Source: Harriotta raleighana
Taxonomy: Eukaryota
Direction of reading: 5' to 3'
Length of the DNA: 64,000 bases
Assembly: GCA_050575255.1 (NCBI GenBank)
Contig: JBNZDD010013726.1
Span: 10,198,618 to 10,262,617, forward strand
In this document: positions 39,701 to 51,700 of the stretch, piece by piece
Numbering within the stretch: the stretch's first letter is position 1
How the letters are laid out: each line of letters starts with the position of its first letter
Notes under the pieces: model-generated
The model's input: the letters and a program-made list of their open reading frames with translations, nothing else
Databases searched by the model: none
What the model was told of the DNA's origin: nothing
Made by a program: the position numbers and the translations under genes

Positions 39701-42700
39701 ATGAATTTCACAAAGTGAGCTTTCTCAACATAAGCTTACAAAAGATTCACATGAAGAAGGTCCTGCAGCTCATCTGATCTCATTTACACTATCTCAGGAA
39801 GGTCAAATAATAGGGAAAAGTTTAGACAATTGGACTATTGGGCCTTCACTAGCAGGTCATACAATCTAACAATAGCAAAAAAAGGAGGGAATAGATAAGC
39901 AGATACAGAAAAAACTTAAATTCTCAGATTTTGGGGGCTGTTCAAATTCCTGGCATGCAGTAGACCGTATAAGTATTTCATGTAGTTATGCAGTTATTCT
40001 TATACCATGTGGCTAAGTCTAACTTTTCAATCAGGATTTCTGCAAGCTTGTTTTACCTTAATTTCAGGTGTCGAAAACGAGTTTCTGCCACTTCGTCTGG
40101 GGGCTGCTTTTGTTACTGATTGTTCGTTTTCATGCTGTTCCATTTTATTGATCAATTTGGTTTCAGATAATTTCTTTGAATCAACTGTCTGTCCAACCTC
40201 ACACTCGGCATTTTCAAATGTGAATGATGAGCCTGCTGCTCTCTTCCTCCCACTCCCGTTTGAGCTTTGCAGCAGCTCAGACTCTACAGCCTCATCAGTT
40301 CTTTTAGTAGAGAACATTTCATCCAAGCCACTGTAATCAGTAGTTTCCATCTTTTTTGTTGTATGAAACATTTCTTTAACTCCTATATAATTAACCTCGG
40401 GACTTTTAGCTTTTTGTTTGAATTCAGCCATCACTTTTTGTTGTCCTGCAAAATCTTCCACTTGACCCCTCTTTATTTTTGGAGTTTTCATAATTTGTTT
40501 TATACCATCCACTGGTATCCCTTTTACTTTAGGAGTTTCCAATGGTCTGTTCAACTCTACCACTGGTTTGGTCTTTTCTTTGGGGGTTATTAATGTACAT
40601 CCACTCGCTAGATCGTCAGTTGGTTCCTCTACTACTTTTGAAATGTTTGCTTGTTTTAAATGCAGCTCTTTTGGCTTAGAGGACAAATCAGCTCTGTACG
40701 TTAGTGAACCTGTAGATGTTCTCCTTCTTGTTCTCCCAGGAGCAGTTAATGGTGAGATGATCAGTTCACCTAAAACAAATTGCAAAATCATAAATGATCA
40801 GAATATTAACAGAACAAAAAAAAAGCAAGAAGTGACTGAGGCATGGTAATATTTAATTCCTTAGAATTTTTTTTTATCAATACTCAAGAACTATTTAGGA
40901 GTTTTATACAGCTACAAAATAATTTGAGAGAATAATCTCTTGTTTCCTCCTGCAAAAAAACAGTTCAATTCAAACTATCAAGAAAGGAAATTAATGTGAC
41001 CTGTGATTCAGGTCTAAATATTGTGCCAAAACCAGAAAGCTCAGCTAGTGCTCTACAATCTAAAAACACAGATTACAAATTAAAGTGTAGGTATTACACC
41101 GTCATGAATATTTTAATGGGCTTTAAAGGTGAGAGAACTACAACAAAATTACATTTGTATGTTGCCTTTCATGTCGGGAGGACATCCCAAGGCGCTGGAC
41201 AATCAATGTTTCGGACCCAAGCTGGGGGTTGGGAAGCAGGGTGACCCAGGGGCATGGTTGAAGATGAGGATCTTGAGACATGGCTTGGAGGAGGCAAGGG
41301 AGGGACCGCGAGATGGCATGAGGGTGGGCGCAGGGTAGCAGAAGACACACCCGCCAATGTGGCGGGAGAGGCGGGGGATTTGAGGCAGGCTTAATAGGTG
41401 GAATGTGCATCCTTGGATGGTAATGCTGTCAGTGCCTGAGGTGTGGAGGCGCTGACGGGACTTCGGTCTCATTGACGTTCAACTGGAGAGTTAGCTTTAA
41501 TCTGGGACTTGATGACTGATAAGACATTCTGTCAGGACATCAGTGACATTTAAGGCTATAATTGTAGCTGCAAAAAAGAATAAATGGCAAACCAAGCAAT
41601 AGAATGGAAAGTGATTTTACACCAACCAGTTTCTTCAGGGGTTTTGATAACTGAGCCTTCAAATGAATTTGGGGATACTTGAGTGTGTGTGATAGCTTGA
41701 GAACCTCCAACATCATTTGAGATACATAGTCTTGCACTTGCTCTTAGATTTTTCTTCATGGGAGTGTGAACAATTCAGCCACACCTATCGAATATGATGT
41801 GTGTTTGTTAATAAGAAGCACAAGTGTATCAATTTCATGCACAATTACAACTCAGTTATAAATATAAATACAGTAAAAGCTTTGCTATCCGGCAGACTCA
41901 GGACCTGAACGTTGCCGGTTAATTAAATATGCTGGATATTCGAGCGGCAAGTTGCTGAAAATCCTACACAAAAAATTTACTTATTTTAAAACATACCATA
42001 TTAATAATAGACTAAATAATAACAGAATATTGTATGGATACTTACCAATAAAGCATTCCAGCAAACTCGGTAAAATGATTGGTAAAAAAGCATTCCAGCA
42101 TTCGGTAAGTTTAATAAATGTGAATGCACACGCACACGCAAAGTGAGCACACCGTGAGTGTCCTGGATGGCTACGGTATGAGATCCGTTTGTTGGAATGG
42201 TGAATTGTATTGGGAGATACCGGTTGGTTGATCGTTCCGGTTGGTTGGGTGCCAGATAACCAAGCTTTTACTGTATGTGGGTAAACTTTCAACAGCTTAA
42301 ACTTGAAAATGGATATCTAAAACAGATGAATGTCAAGATGTATAAATCTCTAGATTACCTGTAAAACTTTGATCCATTGCTAGGCTTTTACGTCTGAGTG
42401 AAACATTCGTCACTATGCGTGGAGGTATTCCAGTTGTTTTAACAATAGTAGCCCGTGCTTTGCCAATAACGATTGTTGCTGGGGAAGCAGCATGCCCGGT
42501 ACTAAAATGGTCTTTCATTGATCTAATGGGTGTCTGTTGAGACATAAACATTACATGAAAGTGATACTAAAACCTTTGAAACACAATACAACATTACATT
42601 TGTATAGCATCTTTCATGTCGGGAGTACATCCCAAGTTGCTGAGACCTCCATTTCACTTGCAATGAAAATTAAAACATAAAATGTCATATTCAATAACTG

Positions 42701-45700
42701 TTAAAAGCTTGCAAACGGATTTATAGCAGTAAAGATTACAAACAGTTAGTTATTTCTATACCACTTGGCTAAGTCGATTTTCAATCAAACACGCATTTAG
42801 TTTGAAACATACAAAATAATTTATTTTAGCACCTTCCAGGACATATCAAAAACGGAAAAAAGGGTTTAGAGCAGTGGTCCTCAACCATTTTGGGCTCAAA
42901 ATTCGCAAACCTTAATGATTTGTACTGACCCAGTAAATAGCTTCAGTGCAAAATACATCTGCCGTAGCAAATATTTCTTACACACGATATGATACAAATA
43001 AATTTTGAATTGAAAAATGCTTCCTCTTTAGAAGTATTCTTCCACTTTAAATAGTATTTTATGCAATATTATCCATTAAATACTACACAAACCTTTGGAA
43101 TGTTTGAAGACAAATTCTTCTTAATCCGTCTTTGCATCATCACACCATGCTTCTTTGGAGCAGATCGGAATTCAGACTTTGCTACTCCCTCCTTCACCAC
43201 CTGTGCCCATGATTTTTTCACTAAAATAAAAATAGCTAAATTTAACTCAATAAGTCAAGAACACAAGAGAACAATTCACCATATAATTAATCAATCTATC
43301 CACAACACATGTCCCATCACACTTCTACAATAACAATCCTTGCATTTGGTATAGTGCTGTTTCACATCGTCAAGAAGTCTCAGAACGCTTCACAGAACAT
43401 ACTGTAAATTGAATCGACTGTATATTGAGTGGGTGAAACCCTGCAACTAATTGCACAGCAACATCCCACAGTCGTGGATTGAGTGACAAAATTATCATCA
43501 TCATTTTGGAGGGATTACTGCTGGAAAAGCGATCTGCCAATCAACAACCGGTTTCCTACTTTCTGCTATTTGATTCTAGTTGAAGAGGCATTTTGAGTAG
43601 GAAACTTGCCTAACGTTTCACCACGCTCATGAATCGAACCCAGATCCTCTTGCTTGCAATGTGACTGCTCTAACCACTGAGTTATTGCTTGTCTTATTTC
43701 TCTTCTACTCTTTTTATCCATGGTCATAGATATGGTTATAACTAGATGGATACATATTTAATGAAATATCCAGAAATTATCCCACCTAATAAATTAGCCA
43801 CCGAAGCTCCACTTTGCCTCCTGGAATATAATCCTGCTGCAAGAGAACTCCTTCTTGTACTTTTTCGGGAAGGAGTCTTCTTGAAATTTGACGGTTTGTT
43901 TGTCTGCTGATGTTGCTTCAACTTGGATGATGGAGAAGCTCGCGAAACTTGGGGAGAATCCGATTTAATCAACAGAATAGGAGGTGTGTCAATACGAGAG
44001 ACAGAGAATCGTCCACAGACAGAAGGTGAACGGTCAAAGGATCCCAAGGAAGCTGGCCGAGCCAACTGCTTGGCAGCAGATGGAGAGGATTTCTTTGTAG
44101 AAGATAACTTCTTTGCAGATTTCTTGGTATCTGATAAAGAGGGTATTTTGGCAGAACGTGGACTCTTGACTGACAAGGTAGCTGGTACCTTGATCGAGAA
44201 TGGTCCACTTGCACGTGATTTTTTGATGACGGGTGAAGTAAATGACTTCCTGTCTGGAGAGAGTCTCTTGGCACTTGTTGACTTCCTGCCCGGGGAGGGG
44301 GTCTTGGCAGCCAATGACTTCCTTTCTGGGGAGGGGCTCTGAGCTGCCAGTGATTTCCTGCCCGGGGAGGGGGTCTTGGCAGCCAGTGACTTCCTGCCCG
44401 AGGAGGGGGTCTTGGCAGTCAGTGACTTCCTTTCTGGCGAGGGGCTCAGAGCTGCCAGTGATTTTCTGCCTGGGGAGGGGGTCTTGGCAGCCAATGACTT
44501 CCTGCCCGGGGAGGGGGTCTTGGCAGCCAATGACTTCCTGCCCAGGGAGGGGCTCTGAGCTGCCAGTGATTTCCTGCCCGGGGAGGGGGTCTTGGCAGCC
44601 AGTGACTTCCTGCCCGGGGAGGGGGTCTTGGCAGCCAGTGACTTCCTGCCCGAGGAGGGGGTCTTGGCAGCCAGTGACTTCCTTTCTGGGGCAAGGCTCT
44701 GAGCTGCCAGTGATTTCCTGCCTGGGGAGGGGCTTTTGTCAGCCAGTGATTTCCTGCCTGGGATGGGGCTTTTGTCAGCCAGTGATTTCCTGCCCGGGGA
44801 GGTAGTCTTGGTAGGCAGTGACTTCCTGCCCGGGGAGGGGCTCTTGGCACCTGGAGACTCTCTGCCCAGTGCAGGGCTTCTTGCAGTTGGTGATCTGGCT
44901 GGAGAGGGATTCTTGACTTCCATTTCTATTCCTTCGGGAGAAGTACCAACATGTCCTGTTAGAGGCACATTTGATTTTATTGGCGTGGCAGTAGAAAACT
45001 TTGAGCTTCTTTTGCATGGTTCAGTTAATTCCTTTTTAAAAAAAAAAGAAAAGAATTGCAATAGTTAAGTCAAGCAACTTTTTCTCTGAATTATGTGAAA
45101 TACACTTAAAATTTAAGTAAAGTTCCTTTTCCCTTTCAAACCATATATCGGCCCACAAATAAAATTTGAGTAACTAAGGTAAAATCTTCTGCAAATTCCT
45201 GAAACGTTCAGGACCACTATAGGCTAAAAGCTATTGTACCTTCTTTAACTCATTAAAAAAGAAAACATCTGAGGGGATGAAGAGGTATATAAAACCTTAC
45301 ATGAAATTAAAAATTAAACCCAGAGTAATTTAGGAATGCATCAATACAGCATTTCAAGTGGATATAGGTTTAGAGTTGCAAAGGGCAATTTCAGAATGAA
45401 CACTGGGAAGTGCGTAATTAACAATTGGAACAGTCGATGGAAAGAAGAACGCATCCAAAGAATAACTTTATGCATTGATGGAAGGTCAGTAGCAAGAGTA
45501 TTCTGGAAGGATGCTATGGAATGGGCTTCTCAATCCAAAACAATCTTGTCATCTTCTGCAGAATTGGATTGTTTCCACCGGGTGACGCTGTTAGCAAACC
45601 ATATTAATGATTTTGAATTGTAGTATCCAATTCCAACCATAGGATGGTGCTATGCAAACATTACCATGCGGCGTCCACAACAGAAATTTGTCACAGTAAT

Positions 45701-48700
45701 TTACTGCTAAAGGTAAAACTGGCAATCCTATAAAGGCTCAGATATACTACCACTAATAATAATAATCCTTGCATTTGATAACAGCACTTTATCATGCGAG
45801 TGAGTTGTTGTTTGATAGCTATTAATTATTATACCACGGGGTGCCAAAGTTTGACTGACATGCACACTAATGATTACCTCAGTTATACAACATTGTAGTC
45901 CCATATTCAAAGCACGTTTCAATGCTGTATTTGCAGAAACTCTAAATGGAGTGCTGAATCTTCTTGGAGTGCCTCCTTTTCGAAGTGGAGAATTTGGTGG
46001 CATACATTTGTCAAATACTTCAGGACACAGGTTTACACCAAAAGAAACTCGCTTTTGCTTAGAAGCTGGTTCATCAATCCTTTTTTCTAGGTTTTCACTT
46101 CTGCGCTTTCTGGATGGACACGATACCGCACCTAACAGGAAATAATTAAATAATACAACTTAATTCACAATACAGGAGCTTGGCCATTCGGTACATAAAT
46201 TTAAACAATTGAGTTAATAAAACTAAAAAAAAATTAAAGTGGATTTATTGAAACAATGTTTTTTCATAAGTAGAAACCCATCTTTGTGCTAAAAAGTATC
46301 CAAATCAAATAAGTTCCATAACAAAAACAGAAGTTACTGGGATAACTCAGCAGATCAGGCAGCATCCATGGAGAGTGTCAACGTTTCGGGTCCACGACCC
46401 TTCGTCAGAGTTCTAATACAAATCTCTGACAAAGTGTCGTAGAACCGAAACATTGACTCACTTTCCTTTCTCCATAGATGCTGCCTGACCTGCTGAGTTT
46501 TCCCAGCAACTTCTGTTTTTGTTTCAGATTTCCAGCATCTGTAGTATTTTGTTTTGTCAAATAAGTTCCATGTATCCCACAGATACATAGAAATTCCAAA
46601 CAAAAAGCTCAACTTTCAGATGTTTAATGGAATAGAATGTGCACTCTCTCCCTGGAGGGGACACATCCTGTTTACCTAATTTCGGAAAGTATTAGACGCA
46701 GGATGGTAAGAGTCAAGCTCTGGGTACCTTAAAAATGTACATTTGGATAATAGTGGAGTTTAATCAGCCAAAAACCACGTCGTTTGCCATCAAGAGTATT
46801 GTCCGGCAAACTTTCAGTTAAGACCACCCTACTCATTGGGGTTTTCGCTTGCAGGGTTAACAAGGTGGAAATAATCCTCTGCCCCCAGTGACTGGTCTAC
46901 CCTTCCAAGTCCTGCCAACGAGCCACCCTGGCTCAGGAACTGGACTACCAAGATTACCACAGAAGGTTGGCTTAATTCGGACATTCCATTGCGATACAGT
47001 TTGGAGCCAGCTCAGCTGGCTTAAGTTTGCTCCATATCAACCACACTGTGATCTCTAGTTCCCATAGGACTTCATCTTACCTTGCGGTGAAGGTGATAGT
47101 TTATTACTGGTCAAAGAATCATCAGGTTCTACACCACCAACCAAAGACTTATTCATTTGTTTCCCAGAGAACAGTACTTCTTCAGTCTCTTCATTAGTCA
47201 AGAATTTATGCAGATTTTTAGATCCCCGACTTGTTTTTTTTAATCTCTCAGCTTCAATCACGTTTTCAGGGGCACCATCTTCTCCTTTTCCATTCGGCAG
47301 AGGTGGCGAAGAGAAAGAATTCCCTTTTCCTTTTGCAACTGCAGGTGATTTTGCACCTGTTATTGGCTCTGAAGTTTCAAACTGAGGTTGCTCGGTTTGC
47401 ATTTCTGTAACCTTTATCTGACTGAATCGCAACGATGGTCTGCCACGCCGCTTGGGTGTTTCAGATATTTTTTTCTCTGCAACATGAACTGATGTATTAT
47501 CCTTTTCAGCTAATTTCCCTTCTTCAACAATACTTTGCTCTTTTCCCATCGAAGACTCAAGTCCATCATGAATTTCCTTCAGGACTTCATCAGCATTTAA
47601 GGATTTTTGAGTAGTAAATAGATGACTCTTTCTCTTAAATTCTGGTGTATCTTTATTGATTTGGTGGTCATTTTGTGTTTTATCGTGAACATCACCTGCA
47701 TTTGAAGATTCAAGCAACGGAATAGTTTCTTCTGAAGAGAGATTTTCTGTACATCCTCCTAATCCCACAGAATTGCATCTTTTCTTTGCTGTATTTTTAT
47801 TGATAGCTGGTTTTCCCAAGTCTTTACTTGGAATATCCTGAACTAATGAAGCCTCTAAATTCTTCATTCCTTCCTTATTAGAATCATCTTCTTTTGGCAT
47901 TTTATTTTCTTCCACTGAAGCCTGGCCCATACTCCTTGATCTTAATGGTGTCCTCGATCTCTTTCTGCCTTGAAAAATATTGGTTTTAGATTCTTCTGTT
48001 GGCAATACAAGAGGTTTCGCTGTTGTCTTGGTGTTATTGGGGGTTGATAATTCACTATTTGTTTGGTTTGTTTTTTTCTGATGCATATGTAGAGCTTGGT
48101 TCTTGTACATTTCATAAAGCTGAGAAAAAGGAGAGACTTCCTTAGCTGCTGGTCGATCATCTTTGATATCTGCAAAGCTCCATTCTTGCTGCTGCTTTGG
48201 AGCTTCATCTTCCTGGCTATCTGGTTTAGCTTTTGTTGGTTTAATTGGCTCATCAAAGACCCTATCCACACAAACTGGATCTAAAGAAAACCACAAAATG
48301 CAAGTTTTTTTTATTTTTAAGAAAAGGACGATAATCCAAACAATTACACATATCTTTTTAATTACTGAACCAATTCAAATGCACTTTGCAGTATATCCTG
48401 TGAGACATCTCGATGATATGACAAGGCACTAGTATAATAGGAATGATTGTTAGTTGTATGAATTAAATCCTGTAACAAACTAGTTCCAACTGAAAACTGC
48501 ACATTAAGCTCTTCTTCACAACCACCACCTTTTGCCAATTTAAAGCATTCTTCCTACTCCTTGCTTAATGTACACTGTGCAAAATTTTGGCAATACAGGT
48601 GTCCGCCAATTTACAAAGCTTCTATTTACATTGTTTCGAATTAACAAACATAATTTTTTTAACATCTTTTTAATCGATATACGACATTTGGTTTCGTTTC

Positions 48701-51700
48701 AAGGACCAAAAAAATTTGAGGAATTTTTCTGCGCATGTGCAGTACAATTTATTTCACGGTAAAATCATGGTCACGCCTGATAGTGCATCCAAGCATTTGA
48801 ACTGGCCACTATCTGCCTGTCTTCTTGCCTTTCTATCTGTATGTCTGTCTCTCTCTCTTTCATTCATACTACAACTGCAGCACAATGACAATGTATAAAT
48901 TGACACAGACAGACATACAGAGAGAGACACACACAGAGACAGAGAGACTGAAGAGAAAGAGAGGGAATAAAAGATGCATTCATTCACACTATAGATAGTT
49001 ATGTGTGTTATTTTGTGTTATTTAGTGGGTTTAAGGTCCAAAAATTTTGTGAAAAGATCGCATCTCGGGTTATACAATAGGACCACATGGGAAACCTGTT
49101 TCGATTTACCACGTTTCGATTTGCGTACCATTTTTCAAGAACGCAACCCCGTCGTAAATCGGGGGATACCTGTACTTTGAAAGTAAATAGGATTGATCAG
49201 CATAGCTGAGATTGCAAAATAGTGACACAAAATCCATGCTGCCACTTTAAGCTGAAATCATTAATTGAGCAACAACTTACATAAAATTGCGCTTTCCACG
49301 CCGGGCAGCGTCTCAAAGCGCTTCAGTGGCGGAGCCCGAGGCCAAGCCAGGGAGGAATGGGAAGGTGACCGTAAACACGATTGAAGAGAAGAAACTTCAG
49401 GTGTGACCTGAAGATGGGAAAGGAGAGGGCGAGACAAAGAGGCTGAGGGTGGGAGTTCCAAAATTTTGGGGAGTAGTGGCTGAAAGCACGGCCGCCGATG
49501 GTGAAGTAGAGGTTTTAGGGGACAAGGACGAGGCCTAACTCAGTAGAGCGCAGGGAGCGGGTATTGCTGGATGGAGAGAAGAAGTTAGAGAGTGTAAATT
49601 GCGCAATCTGACAGGAGATTGAAAGTCATTCGGGGATCGAAAGTCATTCCTGGAGGTGGAAAAATAGAGTTGGCAGTCATTCGACATACATGTGGAAGTT
49701 AACCCCGTATCTACAGATGACATCAGACTGAAGTATGTAAATGAGAAAGGGGGCCAAGGATGGATCCTTGCAGCAACATGATGTAAAGTTTAATAGTTTG
49801 AGAATCCAGTACGCTTTAGGAAAGAGAAGGACTCACATTATTTAAGTTCACGGTTACAACTACTGATGAAAATCTTTGATTAGTACTTTAAGTTTCCCAA
49901 AACAAAAAACACAACCAACCAGAAATATGTCCACTTATAGAATGACAACTCTTTGTAGGCTGCACACCATGCTCTCCTTCCTGTTGAACATGAAGAACCT
50001 GTTAATTCAAACATTACCATGTTAACCGAGGAACAGACAATTAATTCAGTTTGGTAAATTCATATCCAAACTAGGATTGAGAGAGGATTACAGTAATGTG
50101 CTACAAAAGTTTATACCTTCAGAGGGTTCTTTACGAAATTTTAATGGTAAAATATGCTCTACAATAAATTGGTCCAAATGACGACCGGTGTCCAGCCTGA
50201 GGGGGATTTAATTCCCTGCCTGAAGACAGGACTGGCCAACCAGAGGCTGGTCACGGGAGGTGATTCAGGTTCATCACTATGCTCAGAAAGTTTGGGGAAT
50301 AATTTTCTCATGTTTCTCTAAGTGTCCAGGAAATATACGCCAAGTAAGAGATTCTGATTACAGTATGCCCAATTTTCATACTCTACTTCAAAATCAGTTT
50401 TGTATATTTGTGTTTTTTTTTAACTCTTTCTACATTCAGTGCATCTTTACTTTGCCCCTTTGTTAGTTTTACAAGAATGGATTAATCTGTTTTAGTTTTG
50501 TTGAGCAATCCCTGTAGGGGCCTCTATGTGATGAGTTATATTTTGGGTTTTGATGTAAATACACAAACATTAACTTGATGTGTTATTATTTCCAATTGAT
50601 ATTATCATTATTTTGCTCATTGTTAGGTCTATTAAATTGTGTGCATTTTCTTTTTTCTTTCATGGTTTAGTCTGGATTTAATGATTATTCTGGCATAGAC
50701 ATACATAAATGTACTGTATTGTTGTTTTAAAATTTGTATGAATTTTCATTAAAACTTTGCAATGCAATTAAAATAATGAAATTAAGTAATATGGTTACAT
50801 AATTTAAAACATTGCTATACAATTCTTACGGGTTGTTTCTGGAGGGAAAACACACAAATTATTGTTTATGTGGTCCATGGATGTTTTTCAAATCTGGCAA
50901 CTAGCCCTCAACAGCAAAAAGGTTGGACCACCCTACTCTACCTGAATAAGATGTGGGTAATGGCAATTTGAAACAGATAGATAAATTCAACACACTTTGA
51001 CAATTCTGACAATCAGATGTTATATCAAATGTAAGGATCAGTATTTTATTTCAATTTTATTTCAGGTAGCATATCTAATAGACAACATCACTCATGCCTG
51101 CCACAAAAATACTTATTGATGCTTTTACCCAGTAGATGAGGAAAACATTATTATTGGCAATACAAATTTAAATATAGTACCTGCAGAGTTTCATTTTTCA
51201 GGCTTGATGAATTGCGCTTTATTCTTGTGTCGACAAAATGCCCCGAATCCAAGGGGTACTCAAATCTACCAAAGGGAAAAAAATTTAATTGTGAAATGTC
51301 CACTAAATGCTCCAAATAGAGTGTTCCTATATATTGTAAATTCAGAATAGCTGTAATAATTTGCTTGCTAAACTTCACAGTAATAATTCTGTGATGTAAA
51401 TTAAGTCATTTCAAAGTGATAAAGCACAACAGTAAAACTCACACAACTTACGCAAAGTCAGTTACAGGCAAACTATTTTATAATCTACACTGCATATGCG
51501 TAGTTCAAAGCAGCCAGTAACTGCACATGAAGTACTTCATCAATGTAGTATATATAAAAAGTTATATAAATATAAATTGTATTACAGTAAAACCCTGTTT
51601 ATCCGGCAACCATGAGTCCTGGCCAGTGTCGGTCAAACGGTTTTCCGTTTTTCAAAAAATATATATTTTTTTAATTAAAAATTATTTTAACACATACCAT

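Noticed and set aside
44241-44876. CRISPR-like regular ~36-bp periodicity
   Set aside because: The units are contiguous with no unique spacers, in frame within a vertebrate exon
43923-45068. Long plus-strand and alternate-frame ORFs over exon 9
   Set aside because: By-products of a GC-rich 36-bp coding repeat that contains few stop codons
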